IMG/VR virus record: IMGVR_UViG_3300037313_001414
Coordinates: 1-26,196 of that record
DNA length: 26,196 bases
Reading direction: 5' to 3' (one strand)
Origin: a virus
Taxonomy: Duplodnaviria > Caudoviricetes
Each line of letters begins with the position of its first letter. Position 1 is the stretch's first letter. Below are positions 14,248 through 23,737 of the stretch, one piece after another. The notes under the pieces were generated by a model, which was not told where the DNA came from, did no database searches, and worked only from the letters and a program-made list of their open reading frames with translations. The position numbers and the translations under genes are program-made.

Positions 14248-17200
14248 TGTCGACGTATCAACTTCGCACTTTTGGCGACTTGGTTAATGCCATTCGAGAA
14301 GAAATTCAGATTCAAGCTTCTGATACGACGGCACTGAATCGTATTCGCCGCGACTTGAACATCATTTATCAGGAAGTCGTCGGACGCAAGAATTGGTGGT
14401 GGCTGCAGGGCCATACTACCGTACAGCTTCCAGTTTATTCGTCAACAGGGACGGCATCTGTTGCGGTTGGCAGCGCTTCCATCACTCTCACATCCGCGCC
14501 CCTTGGGATTTCTCGCAAAGGCTATAAGTTCGCGATAGATGGTTTTGACGAAATCTACACAATTGAATCTCATACCGCAGGCGCGACCTCCCTGAAGCTT
14601 GACCGCGAATTCACGGGCGCAACAAACACAACTGCAACTTATAAGATTTGGACCGATAGGGTGCCGCTCCCTGTTGATTGTAAGGAAACAATTCGTGCAT
14701 GGCATGATTACCACTCGAATCCGTTGGAGTGCGTCGGGCTTAATGAGTTTCGCCGCATCAGTGGTCAAGGCCCACGCTCACAAGGCAAGCCCCTCTACTA
14801 CGCAACGGCCGATTTCATCGATGCGGCCCAAACCTCAAGTATCGAAAGCCTTCCCGCTCTCAGTACGCGCGCCTCTTCTGGCGTCGTGAAGACGCTCGTT
14901 TTTGCTTCAACCCTTCCTTCAAGCGTAACGGACGCTGTTGATGCGGGTGCGCCCTATCGCATTCGCATCAGCGACGCAGGCGAGCCGTCTTATAACGGCG
15001 ACTTTTTAATCAATACGGCATCGGGAACAACGATTACATACATCAGCCCGATTGCGACTCAAGAGTCGGCAACGGCAGACACATCACTTACGGTCGAAAG
15101 TCTAAATCAGGAAAGCGCAACGAGTCGTTATCGTGAATTGTTTCTCTTTCCAGCAATCGATACCGGCCGCACATCCATTCATGTTGACTATCTGAAGCGG
15201 GCGCTCGACCTTACAAACGACAGCGACGAGCCCGCTATGCCGGTTGAAGACCGCTCGGTTCTTCTTTATGGCGCCCTTGAGCGCGCCTGGCGTCGTCACA
15301 GGAATAAAGAAGAGTCAGACACCAACGGCGCCCTCTATCGGGACAAGCTTGCGCAGATGGCAAGTAAGCTTCAAGACACCTTTGAAAAGCCACGCCTCAA
15401 ACCATCCACCGCATACCTGTCCACAAAGCGTTCAATTCCAAACAGCCGCAGGCTCGACGCAACGATTCCGGGCCTTAACGGTGGGGGAGCAAGCGGCGCA
15501 ATCGTTAAAGGAACGCCAAACTCAGTTACAATTTTCAACAGTTTGGGTGAAACGGAAGGCAGTTCCGTCACAACGACCCAACTGAATACACTTCTCGGCA
15601 TAGATTCAAACGTCCAAGACCAATTGGATGATAAGGCAGACCTTGGCGCCACACTCTCCGCCAGCAAAGCAGTCGTTACTGACAGCAGCGGAAATTTGGT
15701 TACTGCGACAGCAACAACGACTGAAATCAATTATTTGGCCGGAGTGACGAGCGCAATCCAAACCCAGCTCGATTCCAAACTTACATCAGTGGGCGCGCTT
15801 ACACCAGACACAGCACTTCAAGCCAATGGCGCGGGCGCGATTGCATCGTCGTCTGTAACAGCGACTGAGTTGGGTTATGTCAGTGGTGTAACGAGTGCAA
15901 TCCAAACACAACTTGATGCTAAGGCTCTTGATTCGGACCTCGATGCACACACGGGCGCAAGTTCTGGCGCGCACGCAGCATCAGCTATCAGCAATACGCC
16001 TTCTGGGAACCTTGCATCGACTGATGTTCAAGCTGCATTGAATGAGTTGCAGACTGATATCGATACGCGCGCAACTTCCGCTGCATTGACGGCTCATACG
16101 GGCGCAAGTTCTGGCGCGCACGCAGCAAGTGCTATTAGCAACACGCCATCAGGTAACCTTGCTGCATCTGACGTACAAACTGCACTGAACGAACTTCAAA
16201 CCGATGTTGATACTCGCGCTACTAGCTCAGCGCTAACAACGCATACAAGCGCATCAAGCGGCGTTCATGGTGTTACAGGCTCAGTCGTTGGGACTTCTGA
16301 CGCCCAGACTTTGACAAATAAAACACTTGCGGTCACGTCTAACAGTATAACGGCAACAACTGGCAAAGCAGCCCAATTTAACGCAAGTACGGGCGCGCTT
16401 GAAGCCGCATCAGTTACGACAACGGAGCTTGGTTATGTTGCGGGTGTAACGAGCGCGATTCAAACACAAATTGATTCCAAGCCGACAAAAGGCACCATCA
16501 ACGCGAGCAAAGCGCTCGTTTCCGATGCTTCAAGTAATGTTGTTTCTTCATCAGTTACTTCAACGGAACTTGGATACGTTTCTGGTGTAACGAGCGCGAT
16601 TCAAACACAGATTAACACCAAGGCGGACTCGTCAACTCTTACGACACATACAAGTGCAAGCAGCGGCGTTCATGGTGTCACGGGTTCTGTTGTCGGAACG
16701 ACTGATACGCAAACGCTGTCAAACAAGACGTTAAGCGATGCGCTCACGGTTGCACAGGTTTCAACGCCATCAAACCCGTCGTCTGGTTACAACAAGTTTT
16801 ACGCGAAGTCAGACGGCAAGCTTTACACCTTAACGAGTGCTGGTGCTGAAAGCGCAGTCGGTTCGGGCGGCCAGGGCGGAATCAACCTCATCGCTCTTGA
16901 TACAAGTTGGGGCATCACGAAAACGACAAACAGTGACGCTGAAACATCAGTAGGTGATTGGGTTGCTTACGCTGATGCTGCTGGAACTTCACCGGTTGAC
17001 ATGACCGGCGGAAGCCCAAATACGACGATTGCGCGCGATACTTCAAGCCCGCTCAATGGCGCAGCCCATTTCACAATGACTGTATCGAGTGGCGCTACAA
17101 GACAGGGCGAAGGCGTATCGTGTACGGCAAATGTCCCGCCTGCTTACCGTGGCAAGACAGTTTCGTTTCAGTTTCCATTCACGGCGACTGGCACCATCGT

Positions 17201-18854
17201 TGATGGAGATTTCTCTCTTTTTGCCTACGATGTAACAAACTCTACGGTCATCACGCCATATGCGGCTGGAAAGATTCTCGGTTCAAGCGGCACTGCAATC
17301 GCTACATTTCCAATTCCAACGACTTGCACGCAGCTTCGCGTCGGTATCCATATCGCCCGCGCAAGCAACACTGGCGCTGTCACACTGAAATTCGATGACG
17401 TTAAACTGACAGTTGATACCCCTGCGCTTGGGCTTGCTGGGAGCGATTGGGCGGATTATTCCTTGACGATTGGCGGCTCAACAACGGCACCCACGCAGGG
17501 GTCCGGCGCAACAAAAAACGCGCGTTGGCGCAGAGTCGGCGATTCGATTGAAATCGACTTTGAGTACATTCAGACCGCTGCCGGTAGCGCCGGTTCAGGC
17601 ACTTACCTGTTTCCATTACCTTCCGGTCTAACGGCTGACACAACCAAGGTTCGGATAGCGACTGTCGCCAATGGTGCAGATGGAAGCAATCTTGGTCCGG
17701 CTAAAATCTCCGATACCGGAACGAATGCAGCAAGTGGTGTCAATGGACACGTCACTCTCTACAATTCGACGAATTTAATGATTTCTTATGTGAACGGTTC
17801 CACGAATGCGAACGGCGTCGTTGGGAGCGGCTTCACCCTTGGAAATACGACAATTTATTACAGCTTCCGCGCAGTCATTCCAATCTCGGGATGGTCCTCA
17901 AACGTCACCATGTCCCAAAGCTCGACGTTTAAAATTTCGAGTTACTTGGCGAATGGAACGCGTGTCACGACGACGCCCGCCAATCTCGGCGAGTATCGCA
18001 CGCAATACAGGGCTAGCTCGTCGTCGGCAACGTTGACTGATGTTGCTCCGACAGCCGCTCCTAACGCTACAGACGGGATGCGTATTTATGGCAACGTGCC
18101 GTGGAATGCAGCAGGAACGTCGGGACAGATTGCGGTTTACAATATCTTTATCGGTAAAAATAAAAATTATCGATTGGAATTTTATTCTAGCGCCGGACGT
18201 ACAGGAACGGTCGCTGTTGGTGGAATGGTTAGCGGGGTCACAGAATACGGCGCACAGACATCATATGACCCGACTACTGGAGTTCTAACGGTCAACGCTG
18301 GATATATTGTCAGCGGCTCAAATACGACGCGCTTCTTGGGTGTACAAACCGGGACAATTAACTCAAGCGTAACGGATGGATATTTTGACATCATCGTTTC
18401 CGAAAACGCCCTTGCTGTCGGGGCTCAGGCGCCGAGAAGTGAAGTATGGCTTACCGGGGCAAATGGTTACGGTTCAACAAACACTAAGATTCGCAGGTTT
18501 TCAACAACTCAGCGAAACATTGGTCAGGACATTACTTATTCAGACAGCGCGACAGCAGGGGCGAGTTTCATTATTAATTCTGATGGGCTTTATAGCATTA
18601 CATACGTCGACAGCTTCACTGGCGGTTCCTTCGTCGGTATTTCTCGAAATTCGAGTCAGCTAACCACAAACGTCGAAAGCATCAATCAGGGTGATGTTGT
18701 AGCCATTCAACAGACCAGCGGGGTAAATGCGATTGGAAGCGCACCGGCTACGCTTATTTTGTACGCAGGCGACGTAATTCGCCCACATACCGAAGGAACT
18801 GCGGTTGGAACTGGTAGTCCTCAGATGTTCCGCATCACAAAGGTCTCAAACTAA
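14247..18854 (+). CDS. Head-tail adaptor-like N-terminus fused to tail-fibre repeats and C-terminal receptor-binding-like domains
   Basis: N-terminal TFGDLVNAIREEI...RIRRDLN...WWWL and DLTNDSDEPAMP...VLLYGAL resemble podophage adaptor proteins; aa ~430-830 carry S/T/A-rich fibre repeats; the C-terminal half has beta-rich domains. Confidence 0.75.
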   Translation: MSTYQLRTFGDLVNAIREEIQIQASDTTALNRIRRDLNIIYQEVVGRKNWWWLQGHTTVQLPVYSSTGTASVAVGSASITLTSAPLGISRKGYKFAIDGFDEIYTIESHTAGATSLKLDREFTGATNTTATYKIWTDRVPLPVDCKETIRAWHDYHSNPLECVGLNEFRRISGQGPRSQGKPLYYATADFIDAAQTSSIESLPALSTRASSGVVKTLVFASTLPSSVTDAVDAGAPYRIRISDAGEPSYNGDFLINTASGTTITYISPIATQESATADTSLTVESLNQESATSRYRELFLFPAIDTGRTSIHVDYLKRALDLTNDSDEPAMPVEDRSVLLYGALERAWRRHRNKEESDTNGALYRDKLAQMASKLQDTFEKPRLKPSTAYLSTKRSIPNSRRLDATIPGLNGGGASGAIVKGTPNSVTIFNSLGETEGSSVTTTQLNTLLGIDSNVQDQLDDKADLGATLSASKAVVTDSSGNLVTATATTTEINYLAGVTSAIQTQLDSKLTSVGALTPDTALQANGAGAIASSSVTATELGYVSGVTSAIQTQLDAKALDSDLDAHTGASSGAHAASAISNTPSGNLASTDVQAALNELQTDIDTRATSAALTAHTGASSGAHAASAISNTPSGNLAASDVQTALNELQTDVDTRATSSALTTHTSASSGVHGVTGSVVGTSDAQTLTNKTLAVTSNSITATTGKAAQFNASTGALEAASVTTTELGYVAGVTSAIQTQIDSKPTKGTINASKALVSDASSNVVSSSVTSTELGYVSGVTSAIQTQINTKADSSTLTTHTSASSGVHGVTGSVVGTTDTQTLSNKTLSDALTVAQVSTPSNPSSGYNKFYAKSDGKLYTLTSAGAESAVGSGGQGGINLIALDTSWGITKTTNSDAETSVGDWVAYADAAGTSPVDMTGGSPNTTIARDTSSPLNGAAHFTMTVSSGATRQGEGVSCTANVPPAYRGKTVSFQFPFTATGTIVDGDFSLFAYDVTNSTVITPYAAGKILGSSGTAIATFPIPTTCTQLRVGIHIARASNTGAVTLKFDDVKLTVDTPALGLAGSDWADYSLTIGGSTTAPTQGSGATKNARWRRVGDSIEIDFEYIQTAAGSAGSGTYLFPLPSGLTADTTKVRIATVANGADGSNLGPAKISDTGTNAASGVNGHVTLYNSTNLMISYVNGSTNANGVVGSGFTLGNTTIYYSFRAVIPISGWSSNVTMSQSSTFKISSYLANGTRVTTTPANLGEYRTQYRASSSSATLTDVAPTAAPNATDGMRIYGNVPWNAAGTSGQIAVYNIFIGKNKNYRLEFYSSAGRTGTVAVGGMVSGVTEYGAQTSYDPTTGVLTVNAGYIVSGSNTTRFLGVQTGTINSSVTDGYFDIIVSENALAVGAQAPRSEVWLTGANGYGSTNTKIRRFSTTQRNIGQDITYSDSATAGASFIINSDGLYSITYVDSFTGGSFVGISRNSSQLTTNVESINQGDVVAIQQTSGVNAIGSAPATLILYAGDVIRPHTEGTAVGTGSPQMFRITKVSN
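15560..16740 (+). repeat. Intragenic fibre repeats
   Basis: Five copies of a VTxTELGYVxGVTSAIQTQ(L/I)D-like unit; two tandem 49-aa (147-bp) units (ACGGGCGCAAGTTCTGGCGCGCACGCAGCA at 15951 and 16098); two copies of HTSASSGVHGVTGSVVGTxDxQTLxNKTL. Confidence 0.9.
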
Positions 18855-20452
18855 TGGCTAGCCGCACACAACTTTTCCAACTCCTACCGTGGTCAGGCGG
18901 CCTTAACTCGGCCCTGGACGAGTCGTTGATACCCACCAATCAATTGACCATTGCAGACAATATTACGTTTGATACGCGCGGCTCGCGCAAGATGCGTGAC
19001 GGTGTCAACCATAACTGGGATTCGTTGGCTTCGGGTTCTGATAGCGTAATCGGTGAGCATGACTATTGGTTCGGGTCCTCGACCCGCAGCCAACGCCTTC
19101 TCAGCGTGCGAGCGAGCGGCGCTATTTACAGCAAGAACGCGGGCACCGCTAGCTTGCTGACCGATGCAGGTACGGCATGGACTGGAACCCTAGATAATTG
19201 CTCGATAGTTACATTCAACAACAAGGCAATCATTGCTGTCCCAGGTTCGACCAACGTCATAAAGTATTGGGATGGCTCTAGTGACATCGCCGACCTGCCG
19301 GGAAGTCCGCCAACAGGTTCGATACTTCGTACACACCTCGGTCGGTTGTGGACGAATGATAACGCACGCCCCGACAGGCTTTATTACAGTCAGACATCAG
19401 ACCACACCATTTGGGGCGGGACAGGAGACAGCGGCGCAATTGACATCGGGGTAGGGGACGGCGACCCAGTCGGCATCACCGCCATCTTTCCGACGTTTAA
19501 AGGCGACTTGTTTGTCGCTAAAAAGACAAAACTATATCGATTGGTCGGCCAGACGCCGGAAGAATTCCAAGTCATTAAAGTCTCAGATGGCATTGGTTGC
19601 GTGTCACACAACAGCGTCGTTGCAGTAGGACAAGACGATATCTTTTGGGTTTCTGAAAAGGGCGTGCACTCGCTTCAAGCGGTCGCAAGCTATGGCGACT
19701 TCACCTCAAACGATGTCAGCGTCGACATCCAGCGAACATTCAACGAAGACATCGACCGAACGCGCCTCCCTTACGTTTGGGGCGCATACCTTGAGAACAT
19801 TAATTCAGTCGCTTTCACGTTTACCGAAGAAAGCGGCCTGAATCGTTCGTTGACAACCAGCGCTGTCAATAACGCCCTCTATCTCTTCAACGTCCCACAA
19901 AAAGCCTGGTATCGCTGGTCTGATATGCCCTGTCAGACGCTTATTGTTGCGAATGACAGCGACCGCAAACGCTTCTATCTTGGCACACATACGGGCCGCA
20001 CGATTAAAACGTTTAATGGCACCAATTACGACGTAACGAGCGCAGGTGCCCAGTCGGCAATACGTCTGAGAGTAGCTACGGGACAAATCCTTCTCGATTC
20101 GAACCCTTACACCATGAAAGCCCTCAAGCGCTTCGGGCTCGTTTACAGGCCGCGTGGCACGCATAACATTTCTGTTACAATAAAGGTAGATAACTACAAC
20201 GTAGACCCAGAAAATACCCTCTCATTCAATGAAGTGAATTCGACCGCACTTCTCGGCTCGACGTTCACTTTAGGCACTTCGATTCTCGGTTACGACTCCG
20301 TCCTGTCCGCATACACAAGGACAATTGATGGAATCGGCCGAAGCGTCAAAGTCACAATCGAGCAATCACAAATCGATTCTGAAGTGGAAATCCAAGGGTT
20401 CTTTATTGAGTTTGAACCTGCGGGCGCCATCTCTGAAGTTTTCTTGAGATAA
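18854..20452 (+). CDS. Tail nozzle / DNA stabilisation protein (P22 gp10 / T7 gp12-like beta-propeller)
   Basis: WSGGLN start, RLYYS..DHTIW, GIGCVSHNSV, IFWVSEKGV motifs; follows the adaptor gene. Confidence 0.8.
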   Translation: MASRTQLFQLLPWSGGLNSALDESLIPTNQLTIADNITFDTRGSRKMRDGVNHNWDSLASGSDSVIGEHDYWFGSSTRSQRLLSVRASGAIYSKNAGTASLLTDAGTAWTGTLDNCSIVTFNNKAIIAVPGSTNVIKYWDGSSDIADLPGSPPTGSILRTHLGRLWTNDNARPDRLYYSQTSDHTIWGGTGDSGAIDIGVGDGDPVGITAIFPTFKGDLFVAKKTKLYRLVGQTPEEFQVIKVSDGIGCVSHNSVVAVGQDDIFWVSEKGVHSLQAVASYGDFTSNDVSVDIQRTFNEDIDRTRLPYVWGAYLENINSVAFTFTEESGLNRSLTTSAVNNALYLFNVPQKAWYRWSDMPCQTLIVANDSDRKRFYLGTHTGRTIKTFNGTNYDVTSAGAQSAIRLRVATGQILLDSNPYTMKALKRFGLVYRPRGTHNISVTIKVDNYNVDPENTLSFNEVNSTALLGSTFTLGTSILGYDSVLSAYTRTIDGIGRSVKVTIEQSQIDSEVEIQGFFIEFEPAGAISEVFLR

Positions 20453-20463
20453 ACGGGGTCTGA

Positions 20464-21222
20464 ATGCCAAATTTAACGATTACAAAGAACTACGCTGATG
20501 GGTCAACCTTAACCAAGGCCCATCTCGACTCTGCCCTTGATTCCGTCTCAACGTTCCTTAATTCGACCAAAATAGATTCAACAAACATTCAAAGTGGCGG
20601 AATTGCTGAGACAAATCTAGCGTCGAGTGCGGTTGTTGAGGCAAAGATTGCAAGCGGCGCCGTAACGACTGCCAAAATCGCGGACTCAGCGATTACGACC
20701 GTTAAAGTCGCGGACGCAAACGTTACGCGCGCTAAACTTGAATCAGACCTTCAATACGCCTTTTGTCCGGCAGGCACCATGTTCGCTTTCGGAGGGTCTT
20801 CGGCGCCCACGGGATTCCTGCTTTGCGACGGCTCTACAGTTAGCCGCACTACGTATGCGGCGCTTTTTGCGGTTATCGGAACCAATTTCGGTAATGGCGA
20901 CGGCTCAACCACCTTCACATTACCTGACACTCGCGGCTACTTCCTTCGCGGCGTCGATGGTTCAGCTGGACGCGACCCGGACAAAGCAAGCCGTACTGCG
21001 GCCGCAACCGGCGGCAATACAGGCAACAACATCGGTTCCGTTCAGGACGATGCTTTCGAAAGCCATCTACACACAACAAATGCGGTGTCTTATAGCGGCG
21101 GCTTAAACTCGACAGCATCGGGCGGCAACTACGGTTTTAGCGTACCTGAAAATACAGGCTCAACTGGTGGAAACGAAACCCGTCCTAAAAACTTGTACGT
21201 CCAATACATCATCAAGACATGA
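20464..21222 (+). CDS. Tail collar domain-containing fibre/needle protein
   Basis: PAGTMFAFGGSSAPTGFLLCDGSTVSRTTYAALFAVIGT...GDGSTTFTLPDTRGYFLRG; (A/V)TTAKIAD repeats; ETRPKN..VQYIIK end. Confidence 0.9.
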   Translation: MPNLTITKNYADGSTLTKAHLDSALDSVSTFLNSTKIDSTNIQSGGIAETNLASSAVVEAKIASGAVTTAKIADSAITTVKVADANVTRAKLESDLQYAFCPAGTMFAFGGSSAPTGFLLCDGSTVSRTTYAALFAVIGTNFGNGDGSTTFTLPDTRGYFLRGVDGSAGRDPDKASRTAAATGGNTGNNIGSVQDDAFESHLHTTNAVSYSGGLNSTASGGNYGFSVPENTGSTGGNETRPKNLYVQYIIKT

Positions 21223-21226
21223 TAAA

Positions 21227-21625
21227 ATGATTATCAGGACTTACAAACCATCAGATTTCGAACCAATCGCCCAATGGTGGGAGGCCGCAAACGAGCCGGT
21301 CCCACCGCCCGCATGCATGCCTACGGATTCAACATTCGTTGTAGAACATGCTGGGCGCCCAGTTATGGCACTTACGGTCCTGTTAACCAATACTCGCGAA
21401 ATCAGTTATTTGGAATTCTTCGTTGCAGACCCAAACTTTCGTGGACTGGAACGTAAACAAGCCGCGCCCATGCTGGTTGAACATTGTTGCCAGTATGCAC
21501 GCGAACTTGGTTACAAACGAGTAATTTGTTTTGCTGACTGTGAACCATTAAAGAGTCGGTACCAACAGCTTGGAATGCGTAAAACAACCGACGGACTCGC
21601 TTCATTTGTCAGAGAATTAAGGTAG
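21227..21625 (+). CDS. GNAT-family acetyltransferase-like protein
   Basis: MIIRTYKPSDF start; VADPNFRG, YARELGY and YQQLGM are GNAT motifs A/B. Confidence 0.75.
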   Translation: MIIRTYKPSDFEPIAQWWEAANEPVPPPACMPTDSTFVVEHAGRPVMALTVLLTNTREISYLEFFVADPNFRGLERKQAAPMLVEHCCQYARELGYKRVICFADCEPLKSRYQQLGMRKTTDGLASFVRELR

Positions 21626-21630
21626 GAATC

Positions 21631-22548
21631 ATGCCATCGACAATTTTAGGAACAATTGCAGGTTCACAGAAAGACAAGGTAACACAATCGAGTTCAAGCG
21701 GCGTCGACGCAGGCGCGGCAACAGGCCAGGAATTAAACGCTCAGAATACGATGATGGACCAGTTCGATTGGCTTAAGGGAGCCATTGCCAATGGTCCTGG
21801 CCAATCTGACGTAAAGAACGCATACAGCAGCCAGCAAGACTTAGCATCGATGCTCGACCAATTCAGCAAGGGTGGCTACAATCCAACAGAGTCCGACATT
21901 CAGGGCGCCAATAGCCTTTATGCGAAGCTTTTCGCGCCCCAAAACGAAGCGTTGAAACAATCGTTTGAAGACCAAAACCAAAACTACGCCCGCCAAGCCG
22001 CGCTCATGGGCCGCGACATCAATGACCCCGTGTTCCGCGCAAAGTTAGCATATCAGCAGACGCGCGACCAACAGATGCTCGATGCTCAACGTAATTCGGC
22101 CGCGATGGCTTATGCTCAACAGCAGCCCTTTCAACGATTGAATTTTGCTCAAGCTAAAAGTGGAATCCTATCAGGACTTGCAACGCAAGCAATGGCAAAC
22201 CGTCAAGCCTTGGCTGCTATGGGCGAAGGCATCATGAACAACGAGCGCAACTTCCGCCTCGCTACCGCAACCCGTTGGGGCAACTCGACACAGGAATCTG
22301 GCGGCGGCCTCAAGGGCGCATTGATGGGCGCGATGGCTGGAATGGGACAGGATATGAAGCTTGCTTCGTCCTTTATGGGCGTGCCTAGTATGGGCGGAGC
22401 TCCGACAGCGGGCGCGACAATGGGGCCGAACCAGGGACCGCAACTCCCGGCAGGTTACGGCTCAACGTACACGATGGGTCCGAACATGGGTCCACAGCAA
22501 CCGATGTTTGCTGGCGCTAACACCGGCATGAGTCGGTCATTCATGTAA
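21631..22548 (+). CDS. Internal virion / DNA ejection protein 1 (putative)
   Basis: G/A/Q/M-rich; first of three helical ORFs after the tail genes, matching podophage ejectosome order. Confidence 0.65.
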   Translation: MPSTILGTIAGSQKDKVTQSSSSGVDAGAATGQELNAQNTMMDQFDWLKGAIANGPGQSDVKNAYSSQQDLASMLDQFSKGGYNPTESDIQGANSLYAKLFAPQNEALKQSFEDQNQNYARQAALMGRDINDPVFRAKLAYQQTRDQQMLDAQRNSAAMAYAQQQPFQRLNFAQAKSGILSGLATQAMANRQALAAMGEGIMNNERNFRLATATRWGNSTQESGGGLKGALMGAMAGMGQDMKLASSFMGVPSMGGAPTAGATMGPNQGPQLPAGYGSTYTMGPNMGPQQPMFAGANTGMSRSFM

Positions 22549-22561
22549 GGCGATAATCTAT

Positions 22562-23725
22562 ATGGCAATGCAAGACTTGTATACAGCACTGCAAATGTTC
22601 GGAGACGGAGTGAACCAACTCCAAACCCAGCGCGCAATCACGGGCGCCAATGAGCAGGTTCAGCAAATTCGTGCCAGCGAAGCAAGCGAGCAAGAAAAGC
22701 GCGCAGCCATGCAACAAATCTCAAACAACCTCGTTTCTCATCTTGCTGGTATGGGAACCCCCGCAACGACCCTTCAGGCTGTTGCGGGCGCAATTGGACC
22801 AAAGCAATTTGCAAATGCGAATCAGATGAATGAAGAGGCGTTGCTCACTGGTAACAGCGTGCTTGGTGGGTTAGCAAAGCAGCAGCAGGATTTTGAAAAC
22901 AACAAGGCATTTGAACTCGCTCGTATTAAAGCGTCTCGCTCGCCAGCTGACAACATGTTAGCGCAGATGAAATTCGAAGAGGCGAAAGACCAATTTAATA
23001 CCAAGGAATTCGCGAAGCTTAGTAAGACCCTTGACCCTTCTGCCGAAGTCCGCTCATCGTTTGGTCGCGGCGCCCAAGGCTTACAGCAAGCGGGCAAAAT
23101 TCAAGGCATCATTGGAAACGCAGCATCCGACCCGTCTAAGCTGGACAAACTCAGCCCGGTTGAAATCACCGAACTTGCCGCCGGCATTAGCCAAATGGTT
23201 AAAAACGGCGTCGCTACTGAGGGCGAACTCAAAGCCTTTATTCCACACACTTCAGGCGATGTGATGGCATCCGTGAAGCAATATCTAACGAACGCGCCCG
23301 CCGCTGCTAACAAAGCCGGATTCGTTCAGCTCTATCAGAAGTTCCTTGACCGTGAGCGCGCCGAACTCACCACGCAACAAGAAGATGCAATTCTGAATCG
23401 CGCTCAAGGTAACTTCAAGCTCTACAAGCGCGACCCTGAACTGTTTAAGCAGACTGTAGCTCAGCGTCTTGGTGTCAATGCCGACGACATCGTTGTTGAT
23501 GATAAGAAACGCACCATCACAACGAAAGACTTGCAGCAGAAAACCCAAGACAGCGAAATGGCTATCTCCAACCTCAAACAAGCCTATGCTGCGATGAAGT
23601 CCGGCGACCCAAGCAAGCAGCAACAAGCAATGCAAGTCTTCAAAGCACTCAAAGTCGATGCCAAGATGCCCTACAACGTTAATGCTGAGAAGGTGAAATA
23701 CTTCATCCGACGCGGACAGCTGTAA
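22562..23725 (+). CDS. Internal virion / DNA ejection protein 2 (putative)
   Basis: Q/A-rich helical 387 aa; GVATEGE motif; position. Confidence 0.65.
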   Translation: MAMQDLYTALQMFGDGVNQLQTQRAITGANEQVQQIRASEASEQEKRAAMQQISNNLVSHLAGMGTPATTLQAVAGAIGPKQFANANQMNEEALLTGNSVLGGLAKQQQDFENNKAFELARIKASRSPADNMLAQMKFEEAKDQFNTKEFAKLSKTLDPSAEVRSSFGRGAQGLQQAGKIQGIIGNAASDPSKLDKLSPVEITELAAGISQMVKNGVATEGELKAFIPHTSGDVMASVKQYLTNAPAAANKAGFVQLYQKFLDRERAELTTQQEDAILNRAQGNFKLYKRDPELFKQTVAQRLGVNADDIVVDDKKRTITTKDLQQKTQDSEMAISNLKQAYAAMKSGDPSKQQQAMQVFKALKVDAKMPYNVNAEKVKYFIRRGQL

Positions 23726-23737
23726 AAGGAGTTTACA

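Noticed and set aside
16800-21222. Diversity-generating retroelement targeting the fibre C-termini
   Set aside because: No reverse transcriptase and no template/variable repeat pair with adenine-specific mismatches is visible in this window.
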